Below are positions 9,867-19,437 of a stretch of 64,000 nucleotides of DNA, in pieces. The notes under the pieces were generated by a model. It made no database searches. It was not told where the DNA came from and was given only the letters and a program-made list of their open reading frames with translations. How positions within the stretch are numbered: the first letter of the stretch is position 1; each line of letters begins with the position of its first letter. The translations under genes and the position numbers were made by a program. This DNA is from Polaromonas sp. (GTDB lineage: Bacteria > Pseudomonadota > Gammaproteobacteria > Burkholderiales > Burkholderiaceae_C). Location: contig JAYUCJ010000152.1 of NCBI GenBank assembly GCA_043740415.1, positions 2,758 through 66,757 on the forward strand, in the 5' to 3' direction.

Positions 9867-11951
9867 ATGACTAAGCCGCACAAGCGTGATTTAGCCGAAC
9901 TGCTAGAAGCCGTTGATCTAGAAGCGCCACTGGCGCAGCGGCATTTGTGGTTGATAGCATTGTTCACGTGGATTCGTGGTGATGCCAAATCGGTCAGTGC
10001 TGCCATCAACCGCTTGCACTTGCTGCTGGATGTGGCGCAATCGCGCCCACAGCTGCAAACGCGTTTACGCCAGTGGTGGCACCAGCTGCTGCAAATTGTT
10101 GATGCTTCCAGTTTGCTAGCGGATTATGGTTTTGCACAACGCAGCGCCTTTGTGAGTGAACTGACCGAGCGTATACGCTTGAAACTGCTGCCTGCCACGC
10201 CTGAGACGACAGACGCTGCGGTGCTCTTCTCCCTCGTTTTATCCCATAGTTTTGACCAGCTGTGGCTGGCCGAACTGGATGAAGCGACGTTGGCTCGCAT
10301 TGCGGACTTGTTAGAGACACCCGACATTGGCGACAGTGCCAGCACCCAAACCAGCTATTGGCAAAACACGGTGCTGGAAGCCATCACTTTTTGTGTGGGC
10401 CACATTCGATCCAGCGGTTTTTCTCCCGAGCTGCGCACGCGCATGAGCCCCGCTGCCGTACAAGACAGGCCTTTTCATTGGCTGGATGCAGAATTGGATG
10501 CCTTGCGCGCTGCTTTTTTAGCGACCCGTACGGGTGCAGCGGAAGATGCAATGGCCAATGCCGAGGCGCTGCAACACGCTGTCACCGAATTTCGTAACTG
10601 CTTAGACGCCTGCCGCCAAGCTGCAGGCACCGTGTACACGCATTTGGACGAACACGGCATTTCCGTCAGCCTGGTTTTCCGCCTGCGCGAGATGCGGGCG
10701 CGGGTGCTGCGCGTGCGTGAGTTGTTGGATTGTTTGCTGTCAGACCGACCCAACAGCTACACCGCCAAGCTGCTGTCGCACTTGGTCAAAATTGGCGTGC
10801 ACAGGCGCAGTGTGCGCGATTTGATCACTTCGAACACCACGCTGTTGGCCGCCAAAATGGCGGACCGCAGTGCCGAGACGGGTGAAAACTACATCACCCG
10901 CAACCGCGCCGAATACTGGGACATGCTGCGCAAAGCGGCAGGCGGTGGCGGCATGGTGGCCATCACCATTTTGGTGAAATACCTGCTGCTGGCTATGGGC
11001 TTTTCCGCCTTTTGGGGCGGCTTTTTTGGCGGTGTGAATTACGCGCTGAGCTTCATCGCCATCCAATTGTTGCACTGGACGCTAGCCACCAAGCAGCCCG
11101 CCATGACCGCGCCCGCCATGGCCGCCAAGCTGAAAGACTTGAGTGGCGACAACGAGGTGGCGTCTTTCGTCGACGAAGTCACCCACGTGGTGCGCTCCCA
11201 AGTCGCCGCTGTGTTGGGCAACTTGGCTTTGGTCGTTCCTTGTGTACTGCTCATCAGCTATTTGATGCAGCTGGGCTTGGGCAAACCATTGATTGACCAA
11301 GCCGAAGCGAAGCATGCTTTGGCATCACTCACGCTGCTGGGACCCACGGCTTTGTTTGCCGCAGCAACGGGTGTGGTGCTGTTTTTATCCAGCATTTTTG
11401 CGGGCTGGGCGGAAAACTGGTTTGTGCTGCACCGTTTGGACTCGGCCATGCGTTTTAACCCGCGCATCACGGCGGCCATTGGCGAGACGCGGGCGGAGCG
11501 CTGGGCGCAGTTCATGCGTAAAAACATATCGGGTTTTGCCGCCAGTGTGTCCTTGGGCATGATGCTGGGTTTGATACCTGCGATTTCCGGGTTTTTGGGC
11601 TTCGGGCTGGAGCTACGCCATGTGACCCTGTCCACCGGGCAGATCGCAGCAGCCGGTGCATCGTATGGCTGGGATGTGCTGCATGTGCCCGAATTGCGTG
11701 AAGCTTTGTTGTGGGCGATTGCGGGTATTTTCGTGATTGGGCCGCTCAATGTGGGTGTCAGTTACTATTGTGCTTTTAGATTGGCATTGCGGGCGCACAA
11801 TGTCAGCGTGGGCGAGCGCAAACGTATTCGCAGCGCCGTGTGGGAACGCTTGAATTATTTTCCACTGAGTTTTTTATGGCCGCCAAAAGAAGCTAAAAAG
11901 CCAGAAGCTATACCACCAGAAGACAAGCAGCCGGAAGAAACGAATACTTAA
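9867..11951 (+). CDS. Membrane protein of the family nominally called site-specific recombinase (SpecificRecomb/Gcr-like)
   Basis: 694 aa. N-terminus resembles family members (DLAELLEAVDLEAPLAQRHLWLIALFTWIRGD). Several TM segments in the C-terminal half. No Tyr/Ser recombinase motifs seen. Confidence 0.5.
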   Translation: MTKPHKRDLAELLEAVDLEAPLAQRHLWLIALFTWIRGDAKSVSAAINRLHLLLDVAQSRPQLQTRLRQWWHQLLQIVDASSLLADYGFAQRSAFVSELTERIRLKLLPATPETTDAAVLFSLVLSHSFDQLWLAELDEATLARIADLLETPDIGDSASTQTSYWQNTVLEAITFCVGHIRSSGFSPELRTRMSPAAVQDRPFHWLDAELDALRAAFLATRTGAAEDAMANAEALQHAVTEFRNCLDACRQAAGTVYTHLDEHGISVSLVFRLREMRARVLRVRELLDCLLSDRPNSYTAKLLSHLVKIGVHRRSVRDLITSNTTLLAAKMADRSAETGENYITRNRAEYWDMLRKAAGGGGMVAITILVKYLLLAMGFSAFWGGFFGGVNYALSFIAIQLLHWTLATKQPAMTAPAMAAKLKDLSGDNEVASFVDEVTHVVRSQVAAVLGNLALVVPCVLLISYLMQLGLGKPLIDQAEAKHALASLTLLGPTALFAAATGVVLFLSSIFAGWAENWFVLHRLDSAMRFNPRITAAIGETRAERWAQFMRKNISGFAASVSLGMMLGLIPAISGFLGFGLELRHVTLSTGQIAAAGASYGWDVLHVPELREALLWAIAGIFVIGPLNVGVSYYCAFRLALRAHNVSVGERKRIRSAVWERLNYFPLSFLWPPKEAKKPEAIPPEDKQPEETNT

Positions 11952-11972
11952 GAAAGAACAGTTAAGCATCGC

Positions 11973-12983
11973 ATGGGTGAATTTGACCTGATTGAACGCT
12001 ATTTCAAAGCACCCGCGCGCGCCATGGCTCAACAAAACAGTGCTGTAGCTCAGGGCATCGGCGACGACTGCGCTTTGTTGCAGCCCGCTGCTGGCATGCA
12101 ATTGGCCATTTCCAGCGACATGCTGGTGGTAGGCCGGCATTTTTTCGCAGATGTTGACCCGTTCAAACTCGGCCACAAATCACTCGCCGTCAATTTGAGC
12201 GACTTGGCCGCCTGCGGCGCGAAACCACTGGCGTTTACCTTGGCTTTGGCATTGCCCCAAGCCGATGCAGCTTGGCTGGCGCCCTTCTCACGCGGTTTGT
12301 TGGCCATGGCAGCAGAGCACAATTGCGCGCTGATCGGCGGCGACACCACGCAAGGGCCGCTGAACATTTGCATCACGGTGTTTGGCGAGGTGCCTAAAAA
12401 TGCGGCATTGTTGCGATCTGGTGCAAAAGCGGGGGATGACATCTACGTCAGCGGCACACTGGGGGATGCGCGCTTGGCGTTGGAAGCGATGTGCGGCAAC
12501 TTGGCGCTTGCGACCGAAGCGTTTACCGTAGCAAAAGCGCGTTTAGAAACACCCACGCCGCGCGTGGCACTCGGCATGGCTTTGCGCGGCATTGCCAGCA
12601 GCGCGATTGATGTGAGTGATGGTTTGCTGGGTGATTTGGGGCACATCTTGCAGCAATCTGGGGTCGGCGCAGTTCTCGATACCGCTCTTGTTGTTCAATT
12701 ATTAGCTATATATTCAATAGCAACTCAGGCAATAAATACGCCGTCTAATGGTCAATTTGACCATGTCAATCTTCTAAAATACGTGCTTTCTGGCGGGGAT
12801 GACTACGAACTCGCTTTCACCGCGCCCGTGGGCAAACGCCAGGCCGTGCAAGCCGCCGCCCTAGCCAGCAACACGCCGGTGACCCGCATCGGACAGATTG
12901 AAGCAGAACCAGGTCTTAGACTCACAGATGCGCAAGGCCAGACCGTGCCGAATAACTTTGCGTCGTTTGACCACTTTCAATAA
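11973..12983 (+). CDS. thiL: Thiamine-monophosphate kinase
   Basis: GEFDLIERYF...GIGDDCALL...GGDTTQGP...SGGDDYELAFT. Confidence 0.9.
   Translation: MGEFDLIERYFKAPARAMAQQNSAVAQGIGDDCALLQPAAGMQLAISSDMLVVGRHFFADVDPFKLGHKSLAVNLSDLAACGAKPLAFTLALALPQADAAWLAPFSRGLLAMAAEHNCALIGGDTTQGPLNICITVFGEVPKNAALLRSGAKAGDDIYVSGTLGDARLALEAMCGNLALATEAFTVAKARLETPTPRVALGMALRGIASSAIDVSDGLLGDLGHILQQSGVGAVLDTALVVQLLAIYSIATQAINTPSNGQFDHVNLLKYVLSGGDDYELAFTAPVGKRQAVQAAALASNTPVTRIGQIEAEPGLRLTDAQGQTVPNNFASFDHFQ
12702..12749 (-). repeat. R45 repeat, inside the thiL CDS (in frame)
   Basis: ttagctatatattcaatagcaactcaggcaataaatacgccgtctaat. Read as ...LLAIYSIATQAINTPSNG... Confidence 0.8.
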
Positions 12984-13000
12984 AGTCCCCCTACAGCTAT

Positions 13001-14638
13001 ATGCCAGAACTCTCCCCCGAAACTGAGCCAAAGCCTTCTCGCATCAAACACGCAGACGACGACCTCTCACCCCTCGCGCCGTTTCACAAACCCGTGTTTC
13101 GCATGCTGTGGACGACGTGGCTGATGGCCAATGTTTGCATGTGGATGAGCGACGTGGCGGCGGCCTGGATGATGACCTCGCTGACCACCACCCCACTGTG
13201 GATTGCGCTGGTGCAAACAGCGGCAAGTTTGCCCGTTTTCCTGTTGGGCATTCCCAGCGGTGCTTTGGCAGATATTTTGGACAGGAAGCGGTACTTTTTA
13301 ATGACGCAAATCTGGATCGCCGTCGTGGCCAGTTTGCTCAGTACCACGGTGTTTTTAGGCTGGATTTCGCCGCCACTGCTCTTGGCCTTGGTCTTTGCCA
13401 ATGGCATTGGCTTGGCGATGCGCTGGCCGGTGTTCTCCGCCATCGTGCCCGAGCTGGTGCCGCGCCCGCAGCTGCCGGCCGCCTTGGCGCTGAATGGTGT
13501 CTCGATGAACGCCTCACGCATCATCGGCCCGCTGGTGGCCGGTGCCTTGATTGCCAGCGTCGGCAGTGCGTGGGTGTTTTTGCTCAACGCCGTGCTGTCA
13601 CTGGCGGCAGCCGTCATCATCACCCGCTGGAAGCGCGAGCACAAACCGCATCCGCTGGGGCGCGAGCGGCTGGTCAGCGCCATGCGGATTGGGCTTCAGT
13701 ACGTCGCGCAGTCGCATCACCTCAAAGGCGTGCTGGTGCGGATTTCGATTTTCTTTTTCACCTCGACCGCCCTCGTCGCTCTGATGCCTTTGATCGCCCG
13801 CAACCTGCACGGCGGTGGTGCCGGCACCTTCACGCTGATGTTGGCTTCTATGGGCGCAGGGGCGATTGTCTCCACCGCCTTTTTACCGCAGCTGCGACGC
13901 GCGCTGTCGCGGGATGCTTTGGCACTCAGCGGCGCGGCGGTGCAGTCCCTCGCCATGCTGGTGATGGCGTTTACCAGCAACAGCGGCGTCGCCGTGCTGG
14001 CCATGCTGTTTGCTGGTGCGGCGTGGATCACCACAGCCAACACGCTCAGCGTTTCCGCGCAAATGGGCTTGCCCGACTGGGTGCGGGCGCGTGGCATGTC
14101 GATGTACCAAATGGCCATCATGGGCTCGAGTGCCGCTGGTGCGGCGGTGTGGGGCCAGGTGGCGACGGTCGCCGATGTGCAAATGAGCCTGATCGTTGCA
14201 GCCTGCAGCGGCTTGCTCGCCATGGCCTTGGCCAACCGCTTCATGCCCGGCCAAGGCATGGTCGAAGACCTGACGCCTTCAACCGCTTTCAACATCCCGC
14301 AAGCCGACGAACCCCCCAAACACGGCAATGTGATGATCATGATCGAATACCGCATAGCCCCAGCCCGCGCCGCCGAATTCCGCGCCCTGATGCTAGAAGG
14401 CCGCCGCAGCCGCCTCTCGCACGGTGCGCTGTCGTGGGAGCTGCTGCACGATATCAACGAGCCCAGCCGTTTTATCGAAATGATCGTCGACGAATCTTGG
14501 AACGACCACCTGCGCCGCTTCGACCGCGTCACGACAGCCGACGTCGCCCTGCGCGACCGCAAACTGGCGTTTCATATTGGGGAGTCACCGCCAGTGGTAA
14601 CGAGGAGTTTGATGGAGACGACGGTGAAGGCGGGTTAA
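13001..14638 (+). CDS. MFS transporter (MFS_3/EntS-like) with a C-terminal ABM/Dabb-like extension
   Basis: 545 aa with about 12 TM segments. N-terminus FRMLWTTWLMANVCMWMSDVAAAWMM. Soluble C-terminal tail of about 100 aa, IEYRIAPARAAEFRALM... Confidence 0.75.
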   Translation: MPELSPETEPKPSRIKHADDDLSPLAPFHKPVFRMLWTTWLMANVCMWMSDVAAAWMMTSLTTTPLWIALVQTAASLPVFLLGIPSGALADILDRKRYFLMTQIWIAVVASLLSTTVFLGWISPPLLLALVFANGIGLAMRWPVFSAIVPELVPRPQLPAALALNGVSMNASRIIGPLVAGALIASVGSAWVFLLNAVLSLAAAVIITRWKREHKPHPLGRERLVSAMRIGLQYVAQSHHLKGVLVRISIFFFTSTALVALMPLIARNLHGGGAGTFTLMLASMGAGAIVSTAFLPQLRRALSRDALALSGAAVQSLAMLVMAFTSNSGVAVLAMLFAGAAWITTANTLSVSAQMGLPDWVRARGMSMYQMAIMGSSAAGAAVWGQVATVADVQMSLIVAACSGLLAMALANRFMPGQGMVEDLTPSTAFNIPQADEPPKHGNVMIMIEYRIAPARAAEFRALMLEGRRSRLSHGALSWELLHDINEPSRFIEMIVDESWNDHLRRFDRVTTADVALRDRKLAFHIGESPPVVTRSLMETTVKAG

Positions 14639-14670
14639 GATAAGCGCAACAAATACCGCTTGCTTAACAA

Positions 14671-15306
14671 ATGAATCAACAACTTGGCACCTGGATAGTA
14701 ATTGGCTTCTCGATATTGGGCATTTCAGCCGCAATCATTGCATTTTTGAGGACACCAAAAGAAAAACGAGGACTTAAAGCTTCATTTAGGCGTGCCATTT
14801 CAATTGAAGAACGTTTGCTAGAGTACCCAACTAAAGCGGAAGCCGTCATTATCAAAGGTAATAAAAAACTGGCGCTTATCAAATTTGCACCTGCACTAAT
14901 CTTTTTTCTGTTCTTTATCGGATTGGCAGAATGGCTAAAAGACTTAGTTGCTTTACATTGCACGAGAGTTTTCGATATAAATACCGTTCAACTTGCATTG
15001 TTTGTAGCCTGCTATGCAATCCCATTCGGAGTTTTAATAATAAGTTTATTTTTACTAAGAACTGGAATTAAAACCCTCAAAACTGGCTACTACCCACCGC
15101 TTGAAACTGTTGTGTTCGCGGATACGATTGCAACGAAAGGACTTTTCTCTCTGAGTCGCGGTGTTATTGCTGTTTTATTCCCATTTTTTGCGATTTACTT
15201 CATAAATATTGGAAACGATTTATATCAAGGATTTACGCAGGGTTCAGCCACTGAAATGACAAAACGCATAGAGTCAAAATGCACAAACATAGTTCAACTG
15301 CCTTAA
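14671..15306 (+). CDS. Hypothetical membrane protein (AT-rich islet)
   Basis: 211-aa ORF with about 5 TM segments in a locally AT-rich region where long random ORFs are unlikely. No family recognised. Confidence 0.5.
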   Translation: MNQQLGTWIVIGFSILGISAAIIAFLRTPKEKRGLKASFRRAISIEERLLEYPTKAEAVIIKGNKKLALIKFAPALIFFLFFIGLAEWLKDLVALHCTRVFDINTVQLALFVACYAIPFGVLIISLFLLRTGIKTLKTGYYPPLETVVFADTIATKGLFSLSRGVIAVLFPFFAIYFINIGNDLYQGFTQGSATEMTKRIESKCTNIVQLP

Positions 15307-15316
15307 AAGTAGCAGA

Positions 15317-15616
15317 ATGAAGTTTCGAAATCAACGCCCCGACGCCCTCATTACTTGCCTGTGTGTTGCATGGATAGTCATACTTGGTGGTTTGGGACTT
15401 TCCGCAATCATTTTCGAAAGCGTAACAATCTCTACCAAGGTTGGGCTATCTCACTCTGAAGGCTTAGCCGCAATCGTTCAAGGTTGTTTCTTTATCGGCT
15501 TTGCTCTGATTGGATTTTTGCCATTTTTGGCTAGCAATCCCTTTAGACGACTCCTAATTGCCTTGCTATTTGGTTGTTGGCTCGCGGGGTCAATTATTTA
15601 CCTACTTACGCGCTAA
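15317..15616 (+). CDS. Hypothetical membrane protein (AT-rich islet)
   Basis: 99-aa ORF with 3 TM segments, 10 nt after the previous ORF. No family recognised. Confidence 0.45.
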   Translation: MKFRNQRPDALITCLCVAWIVILGGLGLSAIIFESVTISTKVGLSHSEGLAAIVQGCFFIGFALIGFLPFLASNPFRRLLIALLFGCWLAGSIIYLLTR

Positions 15617-15624
15617 AAATCACT

Positions 15625-15666
15625 ATTTAGTTGATAGCGTCTTAGGTAATAAATACGCTGGCTACA
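15625..15666 (-). repeat. R45 repeat, intergenic copy
   Basis: atttagttgatagcgtcttaggtaataaatacgctggctaca. Confidence 0.7.
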
Positions 15667-15676
15667 GCTCTATTAA

Positions 15677-16072
15677 TCACCCTATCAGCACCATTCCCGC
15701 CAACTTGGCAGCCGCTTTGTCAAATGTCATCGTGCGATGACAACCTGCATGAGCGCATAAACGCTCGATCAAACAATCTGAAAAATCTGCCTTGCTGTCG
15801 GCATACATACGTACTGCGCTAGCGACAACTGCTACGCGGTCAAGCTTGATACTATCTAGTGACATCAAGGTTTGCATCACCTCTACAAATTGCTGACGAG
15901 TGACGCCATACACCGATTCAAACACCCAGTTCAACTCAGCGACAGTCGCCAAAGTCACATAGCCAGGTGACGATTCATCCAAGCTATCAATGAGCGAATT
16001 AGACAGTGCGGACTGCTTGTCGTCGTCTTGCGTGATGTAGCGTACAAGGACGTTGGTGTCTAGACCGATCAT
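15677..16072 (-). CDS. vapC: PIN-domain toxin (VapC family)
   Basis: MIGLDTNVLVRYITQDD.... 131 aa. Overlaps the upstream antitoxin gene by 4 nt. Confidence 0.85.
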   Translation of the reverse strand: MIGLDTNVLVRYITQDDDKQSALSNSLIDSLDESSPGYVTLATVAELNWVFESVYGVTRQQFVEVMQTLMSLDSIKLDRVAVVASAVRMYADSKADFSDCLIERLCAHAGCHRTMTFDKAAAKLAGMVLIG

Positions 16073-16341
16073 TTGGCAGTGCCAGTACCTAAACCTAATC
16101 CAGCAGCTGCGCCGCGCTTGGCGATTGCGGCATTCATCTCCTCTATGGATACAGGCTTTGTGGGTTTAGCAATCATGCCTTTGAGTGCGGTAACTGGTAA
16201 TTTTTGCTCGGTTTTAAACGTAAATCCCCCCGTAGGTGAGACTTCAAACGCAATCCGATCACCCGCGCCCAGCTTGAGTGCGAACCGAATTTCTGCTGGA
16301 ATGGTGATTTGACCTTTGGATGTGATGGTTGCGGTGATCAT
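16069..16341 (-). CDS. vapB: AbrB/SpoVT-type antitoxin (VapB/MazE-like)
   Basis: TITSKGQITIPAEIRFALKLGAGDRIAFEV is a swapped-hairpin AbrB-like motif. Confidence 0.85.
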   Translation of the reverse strand: MITATITSKGQITIPAEIRFALKLGAGDRIAFEVSPTGGFTFKTEQKLPVTALKGMIAKPTKPVSIEEMNAAIAKRGAAAGLGLGTGTAK

Positions 16342-16396
16342 GGCGAGACTCCTATTTGCTGCATTTTCCTTACTTTAATGTAAGGCAAAACAATTG

Positions 16397-16804
16397 TCAA
16401 GCCGCCGCAATCCGCGCCGCCACATACCGAAACTCCTGCGTCTGCCCGCCATAGCCATAGGCATCGGCCCGCACGTCGTGCACAAAAATGTAGCTTTCTT
16501 GGTGCAAATTGGGCAGCAACTGCGCCATGACCTCAAAGCAAGCCGCCACGTAGGCGGCTTTTTCGTCTTTGGTATTTGTGCTGTCTGTGACCTTGATGTC
16601 AAAGTAAAAGCTGTTTTTGCCCTGCTCGGCCAGCGTCTGGCCAGCCACCACCCATTGCTCGGGCGGCACATAGCTCACGGTGATCGCCGTCACATCGCGT
16701 GCTTTGCGCAAAATGCTCGTGGTTAAGTCCAGCAAAGCGTTGGCGACCTGTTGTGTCATCTGTGCGCTGGCGGGTTGACTGATTTTGACGTTGAGGATGG
16801 GCAT
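16397..16804 (-). CDS. Tautomerase-family protein (4-oxalocrotonate tautomerase-like)
   Basis: Probable start MPILNVKISQ (Pro-1 after Met). Divergent from a LysR regulator gene. The track ORF extends to 16828. Confidence 0.6.
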   Translation of the reverse strand: MPILNVKISQPASAQMTQQVANALLDLTTSILRKARDVTAITVSYVPPEQWVVAGQTLAEQGKNSFYFDIKVTDSTNTKDEKAAYVAACFEVMAQLLPNLHQESYIFVHDVRADAYGYGGQTQEFRYVAARIAAA

Positions 16805-16892
16805 ATAGTTTCTCCAAAAATTGAACAAGCTGTTGATGGTATGAACTATATTGATTTAGCTAATTTCTTGAAACTGCTAATATTTCAAATTT

Positions 16893-16913
16893 GTTTTGCA
16901 AAATTTGCAAAAC
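16893..16913. promoter_or_regulatory. Putative LysR-type operator (perfect 10-1-10 palindrome containing a T-N11-A core)
   Basis: gttttgcaaa-a-tttgcaaaac, 18 nt upstream of the LysR start in the divergent intergenic region. The core TGCAAAATTTGCA fits T-N11-A. Confidence 0.5.
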
Positions 16914-16930
16914 AAAGCATAATTTGAGAC

Positions 16931-17833
16931 ATGCAAAACTTGAATCACTTGCGGCTGGATGACCTGCTTTTGTTCAACCGCGTGGCTGAATTGGGCACGC
17001 TGTCGGCAGCGGCGCGGGAGCGCGACATCCCCGTCAGTCAGGTCACCCGCACCTTGAACCGCATTGAAACCGACTGCGGAGCGCGCCTGCTGCACCGTAC
17101 TACCCATGGACTAAGCCTGACCGATGAAGGTGACACGTTTTTGGCCTACTGCCGACAGATGCAAGACCAGATGGCCGAGTTGTCCAGCGAACTGAGCGGC
17201 AAAATCAGCGGCCCCAGTGGCTGGGTGCGTATCAGCGTGAGCGCCTTGATCGCCCAAGCGGTGATCGCTCCCAGCCTGATGGGTTTGTACGCCAGCTACC
17301 CAGATTTGCGTATCGACATCAATGCCGACGACCGCATGGCCGACATGGCGCGCGACGGCATCGACATCGCCATCCGTTCGGGTGAACTGGGCAGCGACAC
17401 CATGGTGGCCAAGCAACTTGGCGAAATACAACGTGGTCTTTACGCTGCGCCTTCGTACCTAGCCAATGCAGGTATGCCTCAGCACTTAGATGAGCTACAC
17501 AAACACCACTTGATTGGCAACAGCGCCATCCCCGCTGGAAGCCGTTGGCCTGTGAAATTGACCAGCAAACTCGCATCCCACCAAAGCCAAACCATCACCG
17601 ACAATTCGGCCTTGGTATTGTCCTTAACACTGGGTGGCCTGGGCATCGCACAACTGATCGACCTGACGGCACGCCCGCTGGTTGCGAGCGGTCAGCTCAT
17701 CCCCGTTCTCGCCGGTCATTTTGTAAAACCCAGTATCCCCATCTACGCCGTCATGCTGCAAGAACGCCACCGGCTGCCCAAAATTCGGGCATGCATTGAC
17801 TACTGGGCTGGGTGGATTGGAAAAATGCGGTAA
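16931..17833 (+). CDS. LysR-family transcriptional regulator
   Basis: N-terminal wHTH LLLFNRVAELGTLSAAARERDIPVSQVTRTLNRIE. 300 aa. Confidence 0.9.
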   Translation: MQNLNHLRLDDLLLFNRVAELGTLSAAARERDIPVSQVTRTLNRIETDCGARLLHRTTHGLSLTDEGDTFLAYCRQMQDQMAELSSELSGKISGPSGWVRISVSALIAQAVIAPSLMGLYASYPDLRIDINADDRMADMARDGIDIAIRSGELGSDTMVAKQLGEIQRGLYAAPSYLANAGMPQHLDELHKHHLIGNSAIPAGSRWPVKLTSKLASHQSQTITDNSALVLSLTLGGLGIAQLIDLTARPLVASGQLIPVLAGHFVKPSIPIYAVMLQERHRLPKIRACIDYWAGWIGKMR

Positions 17834-17845
17834 ACGCTCAATCCA

Positions 17846-19288
17846 TCAAGCTTGAAAGTCTTGCCGCCGCAATTGCTGCAAGGTTTTATCCAACCAGCTG
17901 AGCATGGCGGGGTGCTGGCTGGTGGCGATATTCATGCGCATCCAGGTGCTTGGCGTTTGCTGCGGCGAAAAGAGCGCGCCCGGTGCCAGCAGGTAACCGG
18001 CCTCCAACGCAAGTGCGGCAAGCATGATGGTGTCCACGCCGGTGTCAAACCAGCCCAGAAAACCAGCTTGTGGTCGGCAATATGGTTTCAAACCCAGTGA
18101 CTCCAAGCGTTTGAATGCAGGTTCGCGCAGCTCATCCAACGCGGCTTGTACGCGCAGGCAATGTTTGCGGTAGCTGCCTTCGGTGAGGGCGCGGTGCACG
18201 ATGCGCTCATTGATTTCGGGGGTTGCGAGTGAGGTGAGCAGTTTTTGATTGCCCAGCGATTCGGCAATATCCGCCGTTGCCACCAAAAAGCCAACCCGGA
18301 TATTCGGCACCAGCATCTTGGAAAAACTGCCCAGATAAATCACCCGCTTCAGCTGATCCAGACTACTCAGACGGGCGGCCTGCACGCCGCTGGGCAAAAA
18401 GTCGGCATAGATGTCGTCTTCAACAATGATCATGTCATGCGCTTCGGCGATGCGCAAAATCTGATAGGCCGCCGCGCCGCTGAGCAGGGTGCCGGTCGGG
18501 TTGTGCAAGACCGAGTTGATGATCAACATTTTGGGCTTGCAACTGGCCGCGAGCTCGGCCAAAGCCTGCACATCGGGCCCCTGCGGTGTGTAGGGCATGC
18601 TGACCAGATTCACCCCCATCATCGCCAGCGTCCCCAGCTGGGCCGACCAGGCCGGGTTGCCCACGATCACGGTGTCGCCGGGTCGTAAGAACTGGCGCAC
18701 GATGAGGTCGATGGCCTGCGTCCCACCGGAGGTGGTGAGGATTTGTGCCGGCGACGCGGCTATTTCAATCTCGGCAAGTTTGCGTGCGATTTGCTCCCGC
18801 AAGGGTGCGTAGCCTTGCGCCAGGGCGGCATGGGCGAGCTGCATGCTGGGCATGGCGGCGACCGAGCGCAGGCCGACCTTGATCAAATCGCCCCCGCACA
18901 GCGCCGGCGGCAGATAGCCAAAGCCGGGCGACATCTCGGCCGGTATGCCGCTTTGCATATTGCGGATCAACCAGCCCATATCGATGGTTTGCGGGCGCGC
19001 AGGTGCCGCCTTTTGCCGCTTCACCGGTGTGGCCGTGGGTTCGCGCACAAAAAAACCCGAGCCGCGCCGCGCCTGCAAATGCCCGCGCGCCACCAGCCGC
19101 TCGTAGGCCTCCACCACCGTGAAGCGCGACACGCTGCGGTCGGTGGCCAATTGCCGCACCGAGGGCATGCGCATCCCTGGTCGAAACACCTGCTCCTGGA
19201 TGCGGTGTTCAGCCCAGGCGACCAGCTGGTCGACCAAGGTCATCTGTCCACCCAGGGCAACACCGGAGCCAAGTAAAGTCTGCGTCAT
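17846..19288 (-). CDS. MocR/GntR-family regulator with a PLP-dependent aminotransferase-like domain
   Basis: GntR wHTH (MPSVRQLATDRSVSRFTVVEAYERLV) followed by an aminotransferase fold-type I body (SFSKML). Confidence 0.85.
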   Translation of the reverse strand: MTQTLLGSGVALGGQMTLVDQLVAWAEHRIQEQVFRPGMRMPSVRQLATDRSVSRFTVVEAYERLVARGHLQARRGSGFFVREPTATPVKRQKAAPARPQTIDMGWLIRNMQSGIPAEMSPGFGYLPPALCGGDLIKVGLRSVAAMPSMQLAHAALAQGYAPLREQIARKLAEIEIAASPAQILTTSGGTQAIDLIVRQFLRPGDTVIVGNPAWSAQLGTLAMMGVNLVSMPYTPQGPDVQALAELAASCKPKMLIINSVLHNPTGTLLSGAAAYQILRIAEAHDMIIVEDDIYADFLPSGVQAARLSSLDQLKRVIYLGSFSKMLVPNIRVGFLVATADIAESLGNQKLLTSLATPEINERIVHRALTEGSYRKHCLRVQAALDELREPAFKRLESLGLKPYCRPQAGFLGWFDTGVDTIMLAALALEAGYLLAPGALFSPQQTPSTWMRMNIATSQHPAMLSWLDKTLQQLRRQDFQA

Positions 19289-19437
19289 AGATTAAATTGT
19301 ATTGGTCAAACAACAGGCCAGTTGATCCAACTATCTGGACAACTGTACCGGAACTGTCATGGCTTATAGCTTACATTGTTTAGGCTGGCATGGCAATGGC
19401 GCTGTGCCAGGTCCCCGACGTCAACAAGGAGGCTACG

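Noticed and set aside
9867-11951. Gene of the so-called site-specific recombinase family as the integrase responsible for the islands
   Set aside because: The product is a large multi-TM protein without recognisable tyrosine- or serine-recombinase motifs. It sits in a housekeeping context far from both islands.
13108-14643. 511-aa ORF in an alternative frame over the MFS transporter gene
   Set aside because: Its composition is Arg/Gly/Pro/Ala-rich and typical of off-frame reading of GC-rich coding DNA. It lies fully within a well-supported 12-TM transporter CDS.
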